DNA of 64,000 nt from Geosiphon pyriformis uo1. Lineage: Eukaryota > Fungi > Glomeromycota. The translations under genes were made by a program, and so were the position numbers. The notes beneath the pieces are model-generated. The model was not told the origin of the DNA and searched no databases. It saw only the letters and a list, made by a program, of their open reading frames with translations. Position 1 is the first letter of the stretch, and each line of letters opens with the position of its first letter. Below are positions 1 through 12,300 of this stretch, one piece after another. The stretch spans positions 314,257-378,256 of the forward strand of contig JAAOMT010000617.1 in assembly GCA_016748015.1 (NCBI GenBank), written 5' to 3'.

Positions 1-570
1 AAAAACGCTTTCTATTCAGACTTGGAGTTACTAATAGATTACTGAAATTGATAGCTAATTAATTTCAAAATGTTGTGTTGAGGAAATTTCAAATGTAATA
101 ATTTAAAGAATTTGGTTTTTAAATATTTAATTTTTATTTGAGATATGTAAAAAGTGATTTGTTTTAATTAAGATATCTAAAATAAGATACTATGGTAAAA
201 TATATTTTCTTAAAGAAAAAACTCTTTTTTTATACAACTTGTTGTAATATTAGTCTTTGAACTTGCACTTTTTTCTTTGCTCTAATTTTGGTAAACTAAA
301 GATACATTTTAGTGAATTACAAGTTATTTTTACAAACTATTAATTATTTTGGCCAATTTCTGCTAATTTCAGCAAATTTTTGAATATTAAATAATTCAGA
401 ATATTGTGTAATTTGATCATCTTAATTTCTATAGTACAAATTGAATTATTAATTAAATGATAATATTTGATAATTTGATTAAATAACAAATAATAATTAA
501 AATAATAATAATATATACTAATTAATAATAGAATTCATGTTAATTAATAGCTAAAATTTTACTGGTAACA
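1..570 (-). mobile_element. Partial LTR of the Gypsy A family (closest to the solo LTR at 15595-16588), truncated by the window edge and inserted into the gag of another Gypsy
   Basis: 1-570 aligns with ~15968-16588 and ends ...ACTGGTAACA at 570, the same terminus as 16588. Confidence 0.9.
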
Positions 571-3174
571 ATATTGTAAAAGATGATAAATTGCCTGATT
601 GCTAGTTAAATATCTTTCCAATTTCTGATTAATTAAATCATTAAATTGTTTTAATTTGGAATCCAAGTCAAATAATCTATTTATTACTAGATTTACAGCT
701 TGGACATAATTAACTTCTAGCTCAACTGATTTAAAATTTTGGGTGTAGGTGACTGTGTTTTGGAGTGATTATAAGTGTATTAAATATATGGGTTGTAGAA
801 TGCTACTATATAGATCATGGATGAATTGATTTAAGATTTGAGGCACAATAAAATAATTAGCATTAATGGCTTGAATTTGGCACAAATTTCTGTGGAAATG
901 TTCTAAGTAAGTGGTGACTGCTTCTGTATTATCTTGTTTAATAATAGTAAATGCTGTTATTAAGCAATTAATGCTATTGTTATTGCTAAAATATCTCAAA
1001 AATTTGGTTTTAAATTTGTCAAAAGTGATGAGTTTGTTGATTAAACTCTAATATCATGAATTGGCAGTATTTTAAAAAAAGTATGAGATTGCTTATAGGG
1101 TTCTGACATCATCCCAATTATTAGCTGTGATTGTTTTGGTGATATTATTAAGCCAGACTTGAATGTTGTTTTCTTTGTCAGTAAACTTCTTTAATTTGGT
1201 AATGAAAACATATGTTATTGATAACAGTTGTAGTTGTTGAAGTTGTTGTTGTTATTGTTGTTATTGTTGTTGTTGTTGTTGTTAGAATAATAGTTATAGC
1301 TATTATTATGGTTTTATAATTAGTGTAGCTAGTGGTGAATCGATTACAATTACTAAAAGTAAGTTTTAAGAGACAATAAGTATGGAATTGAGATTGTTTT
1401 GATTTTGCTAAACTGAAACAATTGGGGTTTGTATTTCTGGGTTTTCTGGAATTGGTTTTTGGTAATTAAATTCTTGATTTTTATCTTTTTTCTCTTTTAA
1501 ATCAGTTATTTCTTAAAAATGAGTGGCTCTAAAATTAAGTTAAGACAGCAATAATTAAAATTCTGATGATGTTGGTAATTACAATTTAAATCTTTTAAAG
1601 TAATTATTATAAGTTCCCAATAAATTGGCTTTTTTTTGTTGGCTTTAAAACATTATTCTTACTGATAGTGTTTTTGTTGATAATAATACATCTCTTAATG
1701 ATATGTTGATATTACTTCCAAGCATATAGTAATATAATAGGTGAATAGATAAAATTACTCTTGGTTTCTTCCAAGTAGATAGTTGTATTTTTCTTGGTAT
1801 TCTTGCTGATGTTTGTAATTTTCTTTTTTTGTTGTCTACAAAAGTAATAAAAAATTTCTGTCTAGTATGCTTCTTAATTTTTCTGTTAATTTCTGTTATT
1901 ATTGGGGTGAACAAATAATTTTGTGGCAGTGTAATATTTTGAAATAATTTGCTATAAAAATTAGTAAGTGCTGCTTCTAGATTTTTTTGATTCTCTAAGT
2001 AAGATTTAATCTTTTTATTGATATAAAAATTGAAAGTTGATTCTGTTGGCCAATGGTTGCTTGTTAATTCTAAATGAATTTGATAGTATTAGAATAAAGC
2101 TTTCATGAATCTCAAGTGGTTTGTCTTTGTTTTTTTTGATTCTGTCATTATTCCAAATGATTGCTGTTGGTGCTAATTTTCTGCTAAATTATACTTTACA
2201 GAAAGCACCAAATGTTACAGATCTTATTTGGGATGTTAGTACAAATAACAAACTTATTACTTGATGCTCAATAGTTAACTAATGTTAATAAATCTGAAGA
2301 TTTTTGTAATCTGAAGGTTTTTAATATTTGAAAGTTTTGGTTAAGTCTTTTGTATAATAAATAAAGATTCAATGATAATATTTTTTGGTAATGTTTTTAG
2401 TTTTTTTCCCAATTCTCGAGTTGGTATGATTTGGTATTTATAGCCTTCTAGAATGTTTTATTCTGTCAATTTTTTTTCAGCTTGGTGGCCAGTTTTCTGG
2501 TAAGTTATTCTCAAATTCTGAGTTATATACCCTTATTTTTAAGTTTTTTACCAATTCTTTTAATGTCAATTGCTTAGTGCTTAATCTCTTTAATCTGTTA
2601 ATAAATCAACACAACAAAAAAAAATAAAAAAAAATAAGAAGAAAATAAAAAATTAGTATCTTATTAATAATCATAATCAAAAACTATTGTTTTAGCATGA
2701 TTAAGTATTGGATATTATCAACATAAAGTGCTAATAAATGAAAAAGTGATTAAATTCTCAAATAAATAATGACAATATGGATTGAATAATAATAAATATG
2801 TTTTATTTAATATTTTGTTGATAAATTTACTTTAGTAAATATTAACTATTTGTAAAGTAAGAGTTAATTAATAAATAAAAAAGAGAATACTAAATTGGAA
2901 CTGAACTAAATTCTGCATTTCTTGCTTTTAATACTATTGCTATATATATATAGTTAGTATTATACAAGATTCCTGATATCTTGCAATTTTTTTAAAGGAA
3001 TCCTAGCATTCTGGAATTCTGGAATTCTACCATTCTTTATAAAGAATCCTAGAATTTTGGGATTTTAAAATTCTGCAATTCTCTTAGAAAAATCCTAAAA
3101 TTTTTTTGTTATTACATCTATTTCTGATTGGCTATTTTTTTATTATATAATACTTCTACTTTCTATAAGTAACA
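571..3174 (-). mobile_element. 5' portion of a third, degenerate Gypsy element (family C): 5' LTR ~2213-3174, PBS ~2194-2210, decayed gag ~2150-571
   Basis: TGTTAC at 2213 and GTAACA at 3174 form LTR-type termini. The minus strand reads TGTAACA-TT-TGGTGCTTTC (PBS). ORF 769-999 (FTIIKQDNTEAVTTYLEHFHRNL...ILNQFI) is retrotransposon Gag-like. The (TTG)n tract ~1227-1283 encodes Gag poly-Q. Confidence 0.75.
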
Positions 3175-4397
3175 ATAATTAAACTAAGTTAATTCTAATT
3201 CAATCAAATGGTTGTTTTATTTTAATTAATTTTAGTGTTTTACTGAATTTTGTTTCTTTTTTCTCTAATAAACATTACAATTTTGAATATATTAAATAAT
3301 ATCTGAATATATTAATGGCCAATAATATCTTTTTCTGTTTTTTCTATGATAATTTTTTTATAAAAGTGGCATAAACTTTTTTTTTATATTAGTTTAAAAA
3401 ATAAATAAAGTTTAAATATGATAAAAAGTTAAAAAAAAACTTGTTACTTCTTTTGTTTTTTTAAAAAAATAGAGCTGTAGTTCAAAAAAATTTCATAAAA
3501 TAATCTTAAGTATAACAAATATATTTGTAAAAATTATTTAATTAATTATATATATTAACCAAATTTATTTATAAATAATATATAAATTTAGATTTATAAT
3601 TATTGGTTAACCTAAAAATTATTATATAATATATCTAGTATAGTAAAAATAAAACTATTTTACTAAATTTTTAAGCATTCAAACATATTTATTTTTAATC
3701 TGTAAATAAAAAATTATTAGTATTTATTTATATAAAAAATTGAATTAATATTATATATTATGTTATAAGTTTTGTTTATTTCTTTATGTTCTATTTCTAA
3801 ATGAAATTTACATAGTTTTTTATATAATTTTTCTTTTAAACAAACTGGTTTTTTTGTTTTTTAAGATAAAATATATCTTGTCTTTTAATTTGTGCAATAT
3901 AAAAGATAATACATATCTAATATTTTTAATTTAGAATTGAAGTTTTTTTTTTTAGAGATATTTTTTAATATTTTAATATATTGATTTATATAATCTTAAG
4001 AAAACAAAGTTTTGGCTTGTTTTTTTTTATTTCTAGTTAATAAATAGCTTTTAAAATAGTGTTGAAAAGCCATAAAAATGCGTCAAATATCAAAACTTTG
4101 AAAAAAAAACTTTTTACTGGCCAATTAACCAAATAATGTAATTGGTTGAGTTGATTTGGAATCAACACAGTGTTGAAGCCACATGATGTTTATATTGAAT
4201 CAATCAAAATGACTAATCCTTCGTCATCATTCCCCTACGCTGATCTTTCCTCTAAAAACAGAAAATTTTTTTTTATAAATGAGCACAGATGTTTTCTTAT
4301 AGCAATCTTCTCCCTTCCTTTCTAAACGCTTCGTATTCGATTATACGGTGAGTTATGATGCTCTATGTTCTAGAAAAAGTATATTATTTAGTTGAAA

Positions 4398-4516
4398 GAG
4401 TGAAATGATGAATAAACGAAAGACTCTTCTTTCCCCATCTTATCGATCATGGTGATTCTTATGCTGCTCCTCTCGCTAAGGAGTAAATACTAGCCAGTAT
4501 CCCAAACTGATCACTT
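4398..4516 (+). ncRNA. snR190: Box C/D snoRNA, snR190 homolog
   Basis: Box C ATGATGA 4405-4411, box D CTGA 4507-4510, terminal stem AGTGA/TCACT. TCTTCTTTCCCC (4425-4436) is antisense to conserved LSU rRNA GGGGAAAGAAGA. TCGA(T/C)CATG and GCCAGT elements resemble yeast snR190, and it lies directly upstream of U14 as in other fungi. Confidence 0.85.
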
Positions 4517-4695
4517 TAATAAATATTAATATGTTTGATTCAAAAAATATATAAACAAAATTAAAAATATTAACTCAATTTTTCCTTGAACATATCAGGT
4601 CTATCGTCTAAGTTCCTCACCCCCAATATTGTAAGTAATTTAAAATCTTGAAGCTCGCGATAACATATAAGTCTATATAAGCTTGTATTAGTTTG

Positions 4696-4790
4696 AGTTT
4701 GTATGATGAATATACTATAATTCGCAGTTTCCACCGAAAGGATTAAGTTCCTCGTGATGGTTAACAATCTTCCTTGGATGTCTGACTTTA
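4696..4790 (+). ncRNA. U14: Box C/D snoRNA U14 (snR128)
   Basis: Box C ATGATGA 4703-4709; domain A ATTCGCAGTTTC 4720-4731 (antisense to 18S GAAACTGCGAAT); domain B CTTCCTTGGATGT 4769-4781 (antisense to 18S ACATCCAAGGAAG) abutting box D CTGA 4782-4785. Confidence 0.95.
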
Positions 4791-6260
4791 AATTCTACCT
4801 ACACTATTAAATCGTTTTTATTGAAACCTTTTCTCACTAACGAGCTTTCTTACATCTTTACTTTATGTCATCGTTCGTCGTATTCTTATACCATGCGACG
4901 CCGTTAAAAAATTATTTTCACACAAAAAGGTGAAAGATGAATTTTATTACTCTGCCGTGATGTTAGTTACAAGATCTGTGTTGGTTATATGACTTTGGAT
5001 CTGCCGCTAGTGGTATTACTTTGTATCCGCCGCGATGTTTGTTGTGCTAGTGGGTATTACTTTGCGTCTGCTGTGCTCTGTTGTGCTAGTAATGTCGATC
5101 AGGCCAGCGTTTATCTCTTTTGCTTCAATAGAATGTCCTATATTGCGGCTAACAGGGTGTCCCCAATGGCTGGAAGGTAAGTTGTATTTTGTGTTTTTTT
5201 CACTATAGAAATATAATTTATCTTTTATTTCAACTCGAACTATTTCAGGATCAAAGCCGCAGTTAATTTTGGCCCATGTTTGAACAGGATAATGAATATG
5301 AAAGTGATCTCTTGAACAATTTTTCCTCGAAGATCATCTTATAAAAATAGCCTTGAGCTTTTGATTCAAGATAACAGCAAGACAGCTACGAGGCATAAAA
5401 GTATCATTTTATGCCCTAAAATTTTCCGGTAATCTATATGGGCTACGTGATTTTTTTAATGAGAACTGGGAACCCTTTAAAAGGCTTCTGCACTGATGCT
5501 GCCAAAATCAGCTCGTGAAAACTATAGGTAAGACCTGTTTTTGGTGTTTTTTAGATTAAGCCTTTAGTTCATTGGATTTACAAGATATGCAAGGATGTCA
5601 GTGCTGGTTTGGAGGGATGTTCATTTTGAGAGATACTTTGCATCTTAAGGTGAGGTGAAGCGTTTCATGTAAAAATAACAATAGACAAGTGCTTCTCAAT
5701 TTCTAATATAACTTAGCTTGCAATTTTTTTTACTGTATTGTTTTATTAGGATGGTCGTAAGCTTGTTACTTTCAACTTATCTTATTTTTTTAATAAACAC
5801 ATGACATTAATTAATAGTTAACTATTTTATTAAAAGAAATAAATAATAAAAATAATTTTTTGATGTAACATTAAATGTTAAATTATAAATAATAAAAAAC
5901 AGTAAATAAAATTACAATATTGTTAGCAAATGATATTTAATTATTTAATAATATTATAACAGTTAATAAAACTTTAAAAAAACAATAATTTGCTTAAAAT
6001 ATTGATTTTAAAAATAAGTAATAAACAATTTAAAAAGTTTTAATTTTTTTATTGTTTTTATTACCAAAAATTTTTATTAAAGCAGTAATTTTAACAAAAA
6101 ATAAGCTTTTTATTATCTATATTAGTTTTAATAATAAACAAATTCAAATATTAAATATTTTAATTAATATTTTTTGTAATATTAAAAAGTTGTTTAAAAA
6201 CTGTATAATTAAAAAATTAAAAAGCAGAGTTTAAAGCTTAATATTTATAAATTTTATAAT

Positions 6261-6369
6261 TTTTTTTTTATTAATATTTTACAAATGAGGTCCAAACATT
6301 ACCTATAACTATACATCAAAAAAATGATCTAAAATAGATGTGAATCATGTACTTTTTACATGTGACCAG
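6261..6369 (-). mobile_element. 3' UTR and poly(A) tail of a 5'-truncated LINE that continues at 17279-18723 (split by Gypsy A)
   Basis: Joining 6261-6369 to 17279+ reconstitutes the reverse complement of the LINE 3' end seen intact at 25201-25351. T-run at 6261-6269; TSD ATTTTATAAT at 6251-6260 and 18724-18733. Confidence 0.9.
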
Positions 6370-7359
6370 TATTACCAGATGAAATTAGAGATATTGTTTA
6401 GCATGAAATTACCCTTATAAATCTTATCATTAATAAGCATATATTATCATTTCAAATTATCACTTATTATATTAGCAAAATATCCAAAATTATCATTTAA
6501 TTAATAACCCAATTTGTACATAACACAAATGTAACCTAATTGCAATAATCAATCATGCAATACTCCGAACTATGTAACATTCAAAAAGTTTGCTGAAATT
6601 TGTAAGAAATTCGCCGAAATAATTGATAGTTTACCGAAATATCTAATAGTTTGTAGAAATAACTTGTAGTTCACCGAAATGTATCTTTAGTTCAGCAAAA
6701 TTATAGAAAATAGCAAAGTTCAAGTTCATAGAATAGTGTTATGACAAGTTGTATAAAAAAAGAGCTTTTTTTTTTGAGAAAATGTATTTTACTCTAGATT
6801 TATCACTTGGAATCATTCCTACATACACAAAAAGAACTAAATATCAAATAATTCAAAAAAAAACCAAATTCTTTAATTATTGCACTTGGAAAATCCCCAA
6901 AACCCAACTAACATTTTAAAATTGATTAGCTACCAATTTCAGTAAACTGTTAGTGACTCCAGACCTGGATAGAAAACATTTCCCTTGACAGAATTCTATT
7001 TCTTTTACATTTTTTATTTTTATTTTCTTTCTTTTATTTTCTTATCATAATTATTAAGGTAGCCTACAGATGAGATTCCTGTAGAAAAGTTGATTTTCAC
7101 AACAAAGTAACTACACATTTTAGTAAGCTTCCAGACAAGCAATTTCTGGAAAAGAGTTGACATTTACTACAACATAACTACACAAAGCAACTGGCATGGA
7201 ATTGGCTATTCCACTTATAAGCCCAGCAGTTCAAATTATAGGAGATAATTTGAAGATAAATTCAGTTACTGGAGGTTCAACTACATCTAGAAAACGTGAA
7301 TTCATAGCAAATAGGCATCAACAACATTATAGAAAAGAGACCAAAAACCTCTGGTAACA
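6370..7359 (+). repeat. 5' LTR of Gypsy A (990 bp) with an internal ~20-21 bp tandem array (CCGAAAT...TAGTTCA) at ~6590-6700
   Basis: Direct repeat of 15288-15594 plus 16593-17274. Confidence 0.95.
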
Positions 7360-7404
7360 TTTGGTGCTCTTCCATGGAAATAACACAGCAACAACAAATT
7401 CAAA

Positions 7405-9300
7405 GTGGCAACCACACCAGACACAGCAACTCTAGAGTATTACCAGTCAATTTACACACACATCAAACAAAGATTCAACATTCCAGACGGAATTAAAGTT
7501 GTCAAAAAATCAGTATACCAATACATTGAAAACTGCATCAACAATTATTTTTTTGGAAACTACAACATTTCAAAAGTTAGAAGCAATCTCTACAATAATT
7601 TAGTGCACTATTCACAATTGGGAACAGAAGACCTGAACAGTGAAACACTTGCTACCTACTTTCAAGAACTTAATTTTAACATTATTGAGTATTGTAAAGA
7701 AAAATACCCAGTACAGTCTAAATACTCTTTTGACTTTGAATCAGAGACAGAAACAAGCAACAAAAGCAAACAAAAATTGAAGCAATACTCAAAAACCACC
7801 CTAAATACTCCAATACTACCAAAAACAATTGCCAAACACTTACAAACACCTGAACAAGGAACCAGTTCAAAACTCCCACTCACTATTACACCTTTTTCAG
7901 CTTCACTTGCACAAGCAGAAACTCCTAATTTACCTTTAAATCAATTTTCAAGACTAAAAAATTATACATCACCCAGAAGTCCCACCAGACAACAAGAAAC
8001 CCTTCAGACTAGTACCAATTTTCTTGACTATTTAGCAGAAAACACAAGCAAACACTCTGAAACATTAGCCAACGAAGAAAATGTTTTTGAATCCATTGAA
8101 GAAGAAGTAGAACCCGAAGAAAAAAGTGAATTAATAGATAATGAGGAAGAAAACAAAATGACAGCTTATATTGTAAAAATTCCCAAATTTAATGGAGAAG
8201 ATATTGAGACCAGTCCCCAAGAATGGCTCAACCAAGTTAATAAAGCTGGAGATGCAAATAGATGGAATGCTGCTAGAATGTTAAGAACAATTCCCTACTT
8301 TTTCAAAGGAACAACAGATGAATGGTTCAAAAACTTGACCACCCCTTTTAATGACTAGACAGCTTTCAAAACTGCCTTCTTAGAACAATTCACTGATAAC
8401 AACACCTCGTAATATCAAACAAGAACCCTCCGAATCTGTCATAACTTATATTGGGAAATTCAACAAACTTCTTAGACAAATTTGCCAACTTAAAACTAAT
8501 GATTATTATTCCAATGCTCAAATCTTGGATCAATTTATTGTTGGTTTAAAAGATAAACTGATTAAGAAAGTTTGCCTACATGCACTAGAAGATTTAGCCA
8601 CTGCTATTCAACAGGTGAAAAACTATAAAATGGCCATGGAAGAAGCCAACTGTACCAAACTTGTTAACCTAGTTATTGAAAAAACCAGCTCAACAGCTGA
8701 AGAAAAGATTGACCAATTAACCAAAAAAGTTGAACACTACTTCACCAACCAACAGCAACAACAGCAGCCACAGCAATCACAACAAACACAAAGATACCAA
8801 CTTCCACAAAGATGAAATCAAAATAATTTTCCACCACTTTCTAATAACCAGCCTTAGAATTGCCATTATTGTGGAATTTCTGGCCACTGGAAAAGAGATT
8901 GCAGAAAGCTATAATGAGACCAACAAAATAGGAGTAATTAATGTTACCTTTCACCACAGCAATCTTATTATCAACCACCACTACCAGCTTACTATCTACC
9001 AAGACCCCAATACCAAAGTAACTATTATCAGCCTGTCTCACAGCCAATCCAACAGCAATACTAACAACCACCCATACAATATTATCAAGTACCTGCTTGA
9101 AGATTGATTCCACAAAATCAATTCACATCACAAAATTGATACCAAGTAAACAACAATAGGATCAATTCAAACAACCAATTGGTTCTCCAAAATTCAGCTC
9201 AACCAAGATCCAACTACTATCATATTCAAACTAGTTATCTTACAATGCCAGAAGAACAGGATTTTCACTATACTGTACTCTTAGAAGGTAGAGCTGCAGC
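7405..9300 (+). pseudogene. gag: Gypsy A gag (decayed) with CCHC zinc knuckle
   Basis: ORFs 7405-8358 and 8525-8815 are Gag-like (IPKFNGED...PQEWL...; DQFIVGLKDKL). CHYCGISGHWKRDC at 8861-8902, followed by a Q/P/N-rich tail. Confidence 0.9.
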
Positions 9301-12300
9301 ACAATAACAAAACCCTTTCTATATTCCTACCACAATTCCACCAGCCAGAATTGCTGAAAACGCCAACCTTTTAGATATATTTCCTTTTGAATTTAAAGCA
9401 AATGAATCATCATTCTTGCTTAGCAATGCAACAGCTAATGAGCAAAAAGTCATCACTGTAATATACACAGAAACTAAAATAGAAGGAAAGCCAATTCATT
9501 TGATCCTAAACAATGGATTCGCCAAAAGCATCATCACATATCAATTAATACAACAGCTAAAGAGAAATGTTGACCGACCAGCTCAGACAATCATTGTCAC
9601 TGTTTATGGCATGAAAAAGACTCCAGTAGGAGAGATTGACAACTTCCTATTCACAATTGACAGAATTACCATTCCAGTCAAAGTTCTAGTCATAGATGCT
9701 CCCCAATATCAAGCTCTTGTTGGAAACAATTGGCTCCAAAAAGCCAATGCTAATTTGAATTGGGAGACACAAGAGTTAACAATCTCCTACCAAGAACAAC
9801 ATGCCCAAGTACCTGCCACTTGTAGTACATTCAACAAATGCTCCGAAAAAGCCCCGGCTTTTGAATTTGAACCAGAAGAAGAAAAACCCATTATTGAAAC
9901 ATTTATGGCACTTGGATCAACCTCCAATTGGGCTGATAAAACTGAACAACAGTATTTTTCAACATACGATTCTCTTAAAACAAAAGAACCAGTAACATCT
10001 GGATGGAATGTTCCTTGTTTAAAACCAGAACCATGAAAACAATGCCCTTACATTCTACTCAAATGCAAAGATTGCCACAAGAAACTTTCATCAATAGAAG
10101 CCTGCATTTTACCTAAAGAAGAATATGAAAATCATACTTGTTATTACTGCAAGGCTTGCTACAGAGAACGATGGGACCACCTAATAAAAAGAAGTAGAAA
10201 ATGGGACAACACCCCTTGTTTGATTTGTGGAAATATGCTACCAGAAGAATACAATTGGATTAATGTAGCAATGAGAGGAGGAGTCTGTGATCAAACCTGC
10301 CAATATGTTTTATCAATTTCAGAAAAAGTCAAAAGAGGAACACCTTTTGATGCTGTTTACAATAGCATTCTCAACAAACTGTACTATTACCCTCATGATG
10401 CCAAAATGATTTTCGATTTAGCAATGGCTTTAATTAACAAAGCCACTCAAGAAAATGTTCGTCAAATGAAAGAATCAGAATACATTGCATACACCTTTAA
10501 AATTACTGGATACAACTACGAAGATAAAGTAGAAGTATATTACCAAATTGCCAGTTACATCTACCCAACCAAAAAAGCTCAAGCTCAATGGCTAGAGCAA
10601 ATGAACATTAAATTATGTGAGAAATGCATAATGCCTTGCAATGAACAATGGTGTCCTGAATGCTATGCTCTTAGCATTCCCTTGCTCAGTGAAAGTAATG
10701 AATATGAAATTGAATTCAGAGAACCTGAAGCAACAGAAGAAATAGAAACCACACCCATCTATCTCATCGAAAATCAGCCTGCTTCACAACTCAAATACTT
10801 CAACAACAATGGACAAGAAATAAAGTCTAAAAAAGTCCACAAAATTGATATTGGATACAATCTAAGATATCCAGGAAAAGATACTCTTACTCTCAAACCT
10901 AAATTGCTTACAAAAATCAACCTCAAAATTGTTCTCAAAATCCCACCAGGAGCAATAGTCCAAATTACTTCATGATCATCATTGGCGAGCAAAGGAATTA
11001 ATGTTAGAGGAGGAATTATAGATGTGGAATATACAGGAGACATTACAATCATGTTACAAAATGAAACCAATAAATTTTTTCAGATTGAACATGCCGAAAA
11101 AATTGCTCAAGCTATTTATTTACTTTTAATCAACATTTTGGGTTTACAATTAGTCAGTTAAAGAGAACAATTGGGAAAGAATAAAAGAGGAACCAAAGGT
11201 TTTGGTTCAACTGGATGATTCACAGTTCCAGTAAACATAGCTTTTAATGAACAGAATGAATCTTACCAGATTTTATGACTCCCACAACCAATTACTATTT
11301 CACTCTTTGAAGAACATCTGGAAATCTACACCTGCCTAAAGTCAACAACTACACAACAAATTTTTGAATCCAACAAACAAGTCTGCTTGGAACATAATAT
11401 CTCAATCCCAAACATTTATATTCCAAAAGGAACAAAGAAAGTCTGAGTTACTTTTTATAATCCCAACAATTATCTCATAGTTTTATTAAATAACTTAGAA
11501 ATTAGAGTCATTCACAGTAATATCTTTCAACAAGAATTACCCCAAACAGTTCCCAATTTTTCAGAAATCATTGAACATTCACTACCAAAAATCAACCCAA
11601 ATCCCAGTTCTGAAAACTACTATGTTGTCATGGAAAAACTATCTCGAATCAACATGGGACAACTTGAATCACAACAACAGAGCCAGCTCAAAGAGCTAAT
11701 TGCAGAATTTGCCAATATCTTTGCTGAAAACAACAATGACTTAGAAAAAACCGATTTGGTTCAACACCAAATCTATACAGGAGATGCCAAACCAAGGCGA
11801 CAACAAGTCTACTGAGTTGCTCCAGAAAGTCACCAATTTATCCGAAAAGAAGTGCAATAGATGCTTAACAATGGCCTTATTCAACCATTAATGAGTCCAT
11901 GAGCCTCACCTGTGGTCCTAGTTAAAAAAAAAATGGAAAGATATGATTTTGTGTTGATTATCAACAATTCAACAGTGTTACCATTGGAGATGTCTACCCT
12001 TTTTTTCGAATTGATGACATGTTGGATGTCCTTGGAAAGTCCAAATACTTTTCAATATTAGATTTAGAGAGCGAATACTGGCAAGTTGCCATGGATTCCA
12101 AAGATCGCCCCAAAACAGCATTCACCATGTAAGGAGGAAATTACAAGTTCAATGTAATGCCTTTCGGATTATGCAATGCACCAGCAACATTTCAAAGACT
12201 CATAGATGTTGTTTACAAAGGCCTCCTTTGGAAATCAGTAGTTGTTTATCTCGATGATACTGATGTTTATTCACCATCTTTTGAATTACACTTAAAACAT

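Larger units (their letters stand above)
4173..5703 (+). ncRNA. Non-protein-coding snoRNA host gene, copy A (snR190 in intron 1, U14 in intron 2)
   Basis: Donor GTGAGT 4348, branch-like TATTAAC 4568, acceptor CAG 4598, 32-nt exon 4599-4630, donor GTAAGT 4631, branch CACTAAC 4835. No credible ORF, CpGs retained. An inverted paralog lies at 56168-57596. Transcript ends are not defined. Confidence 0.75.

Noticed and set aside
4570-5180. Short ORFs 4570-4767, 4989-5180 and 56427-56920 as proteins
   Set aside because: Frames are not preserved between the two copies (non-triplet indels), and one ORF is antisense to U14.
9259-9265. GGATTTT as a -1 frameshift site in element A
   Set aside because: gag and protease are already in the same frame in this copy, and the -1 frame stops within ~10 codons.
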